From contig NC_068983.1 in assembly GCF_001194135.2 (NCBI RefSeq), positions 109,980,986 to 110,034,096 of the forward strand: 53,111 bases of DNA, written 5' to 3'. The notes under the pieces were generated by a model. The model ran no database searches, was not told where the DNA came from, and was given only the letters and a program-made list of their open reading frames with translations. The position numbers and the translations under genes were made by a program. Position 1 is the first letter of the stretch. Every line of letters begins with the position of its first letter. The stretch is from Octopus bimaculoides (taxonomy: Eukaryota). Shown one piece after another: positions 47,403-53,111 of this stretch.

Positions 47403-47545
47403 GATGATGATGATAATAACATCGAAAAATACCTTAGGAATGAGAACCCAGGTTCGAAATTTCCCCAAGACACCTGATGAAGGCTGGAGGATATATCAGC
47501 CGAAACGTTGTGTTAACAACAAACAAGGTGATGACAAATATCCAT
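47276..47545 (+). mobile_element. Second, head-truncated arm of the same element with expanded (AAT)n(GAT)n
   Basis: Begins at CAGTGACCT (end of the tRNA-like head); 47414-47545 is near-identical to the reverse complement of about 47025-47170. Confidence 0.85.
47469..47514 (+). ncRNA. Minimal type I hammerhead ribozyme with intact core
   Basis: GACAC-CTGATGA-A-GGCTG..CAGCC-GAAA-CGT-T-GTGTT: 5-bp stem I, 5-6-bp stem II, loopless ACGT palindromic stem III, GUU triplet at 47507-47509. Confidence 0.82.
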
Positions 47546-48084
47546 CAATTTTGAATAATGTAAATACGATAACTATGTCGGGTATAAATAGATTACCGCA
47601 TATTAACTTAAATCCCATTTTGGTGTAAAATCTGTTTTATCAGACCACATCAAAAGCTTCATTGATGTTAAGTGTGGATACTTATTAAGATGAATGCTTC
47701 TTGTTTTAGAAATGATAGTGAGAAGGTCTGTTTTACTAAGAATGCTTAAAAGTTGAACTGTCTTCAGGAAATGAGTTAAAGATTTATTTGATAGTTTTCT
47801 AGTTATTTATAGACATTTATCACCTTATTACTTAGCCGACGAGGCCGCGTTTTTATATGTCAGTAGGTTTATGAATCAGGTATGGATTTTTTACGGGTAG
47901 TTTGGAAATATGTTATCTGGCTTACAGGCTATGCCATGTATTGCTGAAAAGAAAGTAATATTCGTTGGTTGGATACGAACATTTGATATGTGGCATTTTA
48001 TGTAAAAACCTGATATTAGATATCAGTTTTGTTGTTTGTGGCTGTAAGAGTATATTGAAGACAAAGATGTAAAACTGGCTTTTC

Positions 48085-48087
<3 letters not shown>

Positions 48088-48145
<58 letters not shown>
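48088..48145. repeat. (AG)n microsatellite
   Basis: Direct reading. Confidence 0.95.
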
Positions 48146-48150
<5 letters not shown>

Positions 48151-49639
48151 GGAAGTTACAGAGAAGACCGGAATTACGAAGTGGAGGGAGTGACGGAGGG
48201 AAGGACGGTATAGAAATGGGAGAGAGTTTTACATGCTTCGTAATTTTATGCAAATAATAGTTTGTTAGAGATTTCCCCCTTAGTTTCGTGTAGCATTTTA
48301 AAACCTTTTAAGGATCAGATTTAGAACCCAAATAAATTGCCGAGGGTCTCTTTTCAGCAACTTGTTGGTAACTATAAATTCTCTTGCATTCTCTGTTGGC
48401 CTGGTTGTATCTATATCTTATTTACATAAACTTTCATCTGACTTCAGGAGTAATATTTTACTTTAATCCACAGAAAATACTTCATTTCTTCTCCCGAAGC
48501 ACTTGTACATTTATCATTGAAATAATCATTGTCAGCTTATTATTGTGTAACTCGAAGCCAATTACTTGTTTACTGACCACTTTAATTATAATATTGAAAG
48601 AATAAAGAATATAATCTTGAAAGAATAGCAAAGAATAAGGCACAATAAAATCAAAACACATCCTTAATAATGTACTTGTCGAAACAATTAAAAGATCAAT
48701 AACTGATATTTTTTTCTTTCCAGCATAATTATTTACATTTACTTTTAACAAATTAATACTGTCTTGAACTTATCCCAAATTTTTTGGTAAAAAAAAAAAA
48801 AAAAAAAATTCATTTTGAATTTGGGTTTTAAGTTTTAAAAAAGATCCGTGAAAACATAAACTGGACCGCTGTGGTCCTGTTAATAGTGTGACTTATTTCG
48901 AAGATAAAGATGATAAATTCATTCATATCAAGAAACACATTCTCTGGTTTTCCTTAGTGTTTGAAAACTTCTACGACACACTTGACCAGCAGATTAAATA
49001 ATATGCAGTGAAATGAGCTACACGAAGATGGCTAATAGCAGTGTTTTCCATCCTGATTGATACAGAAGCATACTGTGCATTTTGTTATATATTGAAAATC
49101 ACCCACAATTCAAACAGAAGAACAAACTCTAATCTAGAAGCGAATTTCTTCTTAAAATACTGGCTTTCAGTGTCCAAAAAACTGGTCTTTCAGTATCCCC
49201 CCCCCAAAAAAAAAACAAAAAACAAAAAAAAAACGAGCAACTAATGAGGATTTTGCAGGATTTATCCTTCAGGGAAAGAGGAAGGCAGAATAGAATTATC
49301 TCTCAAGAATGTCAGATTTTTGCATGTGAAAGCCACAGAGATAAAAGTGTGTAAATTAAGTCTTTTATATTATGTATATATTCTTCAACGAAAATTTAAC
49401 TTGTACCAATGTGGTCACCTCCATGTGTTTATTTAACTTTTCTTTACGTTTTCCAGGGTTAAATACGGGCAAACTAACTCATCTATTGTTATATTATTCT
49501 CGATAGAAGAATTTATTCTCTAAAACATTCTGATATTCTATGTCAAACAGTATGTATTCTTGAGCAATTATTTAATGATTTCTGCATCATTATTTCGGCA
49601 AATATTGTGAGTATTATACTTCACTGGCGTGCTTATAAT

Positions 49640-50010
49640 CCTTTCCACAAGGCCTGAAAGTTTGGAGTAATGAGTTAGTCAATTACATCGAGCCCGCTAC
49701 TCAGCTGGCACTTATTTTATCGACTCTGAAACGATGAAAGGCAAATTTGGTCGCCGAAGTTAAAGACAGACAAAATGTCACTAAGCAATTTGTTCGGCGT
49801 GCTAACGATTTTGCCAGTTCATTATCATTTTAATAGCAATTCTTTCTGCATTAGGCAGAAGGCCTGAAATTTTGGGTTAGTAAGCTAATTGATTACATCG
49901 ACTCCAATACTTGACTGTACTTATTTTATCAACCCACGAAATGATGAAAATGTTGATATCCACATGATTTCAAATGAGAACGTAGAGTGTCGGAAGAAAT
50001 ACTGCAAACG
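49640..50010 (-). mobile_element. Two adjacent degenerate SINE family A copies
   Basis: aaggcctgaaa..ttacatcga...acttattttatc..gaaa.gatgaaa occurs twice (about 49640-49820 and 49845-50010). Confidence 0.7.
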
Positions 50011-50707
50011 ATTCTGCCAAGAGTGGGTAATAATAAAATATGTCTGGAATTATCTTTCATAATAACCGATGTATTAGTCAATGGATAATTTTGTTTAAAT
50101 CACACTGCATAATTATTTCCAATTACCTTTCTAATATTCTTCTATTAAATATCTTAGCATTAACTGCATTAATTCAATGCTTAAATTAAAACACACATTT
50201 TGTATTGAATATTTTAAAAGCGAAATGCTAAGAGGTGAAATGGTAATTTGTGCAGTATTATTCTAAATAGAAACTTAAATTGATCTGGGTAATATATGTA
50301 GCATTTTAATCTGTTACAAATAACTGAAAAAAAAAAAGAACCACTAGTTACGTACTTTCGTTTTCTCGCTAAGTATATAAACTTCATAGAATTACTAAAA
50401 CTAAAATTTCTTCAAGCACTTATGTTTCCTATTGTACAATATTAGCTGTTGCTCCATGAATACTTAAAAAATAATTTAAGCCAGAATCTTATGTATTCTA
50501 CTACAGAAATAGTGATATGTGAAGTCCAAATGTATAAAATAGGGATTACATTGCCTGTAAAAGGTATCACAAAACCTAAAATATTTGTATAAGAAGAACC
50601 AGTTAAAGTATAGATAAATATGGTATGTAGGTAACAATACGTTCATTTATTTTGTGAAAGACAATTCAGAGTTATAACTTTGTCTGTGATAAGTTACAAA
50701 CCGTAGC

Positions 50708-51745
50708 TATACATACATACATACATACATACATACATACATACATACATACATACATACATGCATACATACATACAAACATACATACATACATACATAT
50801 NNNNNNNNNNNNNNNNNNNNNNNNNNNNNNNNNNNNNNNNNNNNNNNNNNNNNNNNNNNNNNNNNNNNNNNNNNNNNNNNNNNNNNNNNNNNNNNNNNNN
50901 NNNNNNNNNNNNNNNNNNNNNNNNNNNNNNNNNNNNNNNNNNNNNNNNNNNNNNNNNNNNNNNNNNNNNNNNNNNNNNNNNNNNNNNNNNNNNNNNNNNN
51001 NNNNNNNNNNNNNNNNNNNNNNNNNNNNNNNNNNNNNNNNNNNNNNNNNNNNNNNNNNNNNNNNNNNNNNNNNNNNNNNNNNNNNNNNNNNNNNNNNNNN
51101 NNNNNNNNNNNNNNNNNNNNNNNNNNNNNNNNNNNNNNNNNNNNNNNNNNNNNNNNNNNNNNNNNNNNNNNNNNNNNNNNNNNNNNNNNNNNNNNNNNNN
51201 NNNNNNNNNNNNNNNNNNNNNNNNNNNNNNNNNNNNNNNNNNNNNNNNNNNNNNNNNNNNNNNNNNNNNNNNNNNNNNNNNNNNNNNNNNNNNNNNNNNN
51301 NNNNNNNNNNNNNNNNNNNNNNNNNNNNNNNNNNNNNNNNNNNNNNNNNNNNNNNNNNNNNNNNNNNNNNNNNNNNNNNNNNNNNNNNNNNNNNNNNNNN
51401 NNNNNNNNNNNNNNNNNNNNNNNNNNNNNNNNNNNNNNNNNNNNNNNNNNNNNNNNNNNNNNNNNNNNNNNNNNNNNNNNNNNNNNNNNNNNNNNNNNNN
51501 NNNNNNNNNNNNNNNNNNNNNNNNNNNNNNNNNNNNNNNNNNNNNNNNNNNNNNNNNNNNNNNNNNNNNNNNNNNNNNNNNNNNNNNNNNNNNNNNNNNN
51601 NNNNNNNNNNNNNNNNNNNNNNNNNNNNNNNNNNNNNNNNNNNNNNNNNNNNNNNNNNNNNNNNNNNNNNNNNNNNNNNNNNNNNNNNNNNNNNNNNNNN
51701 NNNNNNNNNNNNNNNNNNNNNATATATATATACATACATATATAG
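50708..51745. repeat. (CATA)n microsatellite flanking N-gap 50801-51721
   Basis: Direct reading. Confidence 0.9.
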
Positions 51746-53066
51746 TCCACAGATGAAATCCAGAGATTCTCAGTATAGAAGACACTTAGTAGTGCTCAAA
51801 AGATTCAGACTTAGACTACCGATTCTGCAAGGTAAAGAATGGCTGCAAGGGGGATCAAACTGAACGGATATAGAAATAATTATATGGATAAACAAGTTAG
51901 ATACATTAAATATATTAAATATAATAGTTTGGGTATGAAATATAATATGTGTGTGTGTGTGTGTGTGTGTGTGGGCGCGCGTGTGTATGTATACATGCAA
52001 AACGAGATAAAACAAAAGGTGGAGACTTTCACACGATGAATATTTAAGTATAAATATATAGACATTTATGTTAATAGGTCTAACTTACAATGTACAAACG
52101 ACAGAGAAAATTAAAACGGTAGAAGAAAAGTGTTATAAATCTTACAGACTTAGCCAACGTAAAAATCATAATTACATAAATACTTATATCGCCTACTACG
52201 AAAGGAATATTATTTTCCGAATCCTTGGAAATGAAGTACATTATACGGAGCTCAAATTAATCGCTACTCCTTTGAAACTAGAGTGTTATTATTTCATGGT
52301 ACAAGTAAAAGCTAATCCAGCTAAGCACATGATCTTGATTCATTCGCATTTGATCATGATTCAGTGGTGTGACGTGTTAAAAACAAAAGAAATATAACTT
52401 CAAATGTGTTAATTCAAGAATGCTAATTAAGAGCAAATTTTTTTCGAAAGTGATGCGATCTGTTCAATACTAAAAATGATAACCACCATGGTGAATGTCA
52501 AAACTAATTAAAGCTGCTGTCCCTTCAAGCAAATTAAAATTTTCATAACAGTCTTAAGTGAGTTAATGAATCTAAGTATTCCTTACAGTACACTACTCAA
52601 TACTAACTTCCCTGTTCCTTAGCAAACGTGTAGAAATTTGACATGTTATACTGCATTACTTCTAAATTTTCATTCTGTTAGGGGATGGTGTTGGGCACAT
52701 TTTACTGTATTTCTGACTCTGAAAGAAAAAAATATTTTCTACAAATGTTCACTACTTTACAAAACTATATCATTACAAAATGATAATGCAATACTTGCAA
52801 TGCAATGGTTTCAAATAGGTAGGGAGAAAATAACAAGAAATCAGAAACTACTGATTTTACTCTACACACCCATTTTGCTCTCCCCTATATAATTTACAAA
52901 CAAATATCAAATATACTTGAGAGGAAACGTTCAGTGCAATAACGTCATCAACGCATTCTATATTTCAGCTGTAAGATAAGGAATGTCGTTTGATAAGAAC
53001 AACAAATATAAAATATGAAACTAGCTGAAAATCTATCTATTTAAAGTTGGACACAGGAAACAGGTT

Positions 53067-53111
<45 letters not shown>

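Noticed and set aside
46960-47628. Paired ORFs MIIIIITSKNTLGMRTQVRN.. on both strands
   Set aside because: They are translations of the inverted repeat arms plus trinucleotide tracts; the signal lies in the RNA structure, not in a protein.
10918-48445. Minus-strand MEI1-like peptide fragments (LFIHYR, EEKFFPL, ILLLKSDESL)
   Set aside because: Matches are very short, out of collinear order and on the opposite strand from the 39636 candidate; most likely chance.
51753-51831. Possible plus-strand exon MKSRDSQYRRHLVVLKRFRLRLPILQ with CAG/GTAAAG boundaries
   Set aside because: Short, the polypyrimidine tract is hidden by a gap and microsatellite, and no homology is recognised.
52590-52722. Strong minus-strand acceptor and GTAAGG donor pair
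   Set aside because: All three frames contain stops; it could be non-coding, but nothing else supports it.

Overview
A 53 kb AT-rich, intron-like or intergenic eukaryotic window with nine assembly N-gaps, many microsatellites and a dense mix of transposon remnants. The SINE families, microsatellite load and repeat mix suggest an octopus (coleoid cephalopod) genome; this is inference from recall, not a database result. Recognisable elements: three degenerate Penelope-like elements (PLEs; RT and/or GIY-YIG endonuclease), a Gypsy/Gmr1-like LTR element (LTR, perfect tRNA-Pro primer-binding site, gag, no pol), an RTE-like LINE, an R4/Dong-like LINE with a restriction-like endonuclease, a Helitron 3' part, pogo/Tigger and hAT remnants, several fold-back/MITE-like inverted repeats and two tRNA-derived SINE families. 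No host gene can be called with confidence; a few possible exons are reported at low confidence. Most long ORFs in the supplied track are microsatellite or N-gap artefacts. The most notable signal, not visible in the ORF track, is six type I hammerhead-ribozyme-like motifs. They include a tRNA-headed (Pol III box A/B), SINE-like element carrying a minimal hammerhead in a head-to-head inverted pair (about 46985-47545), and a hammerhead with a compensatory U3-A8 core pair (38982-39033). None of the folds or activities was computed or tested; all pairings were read by eye.
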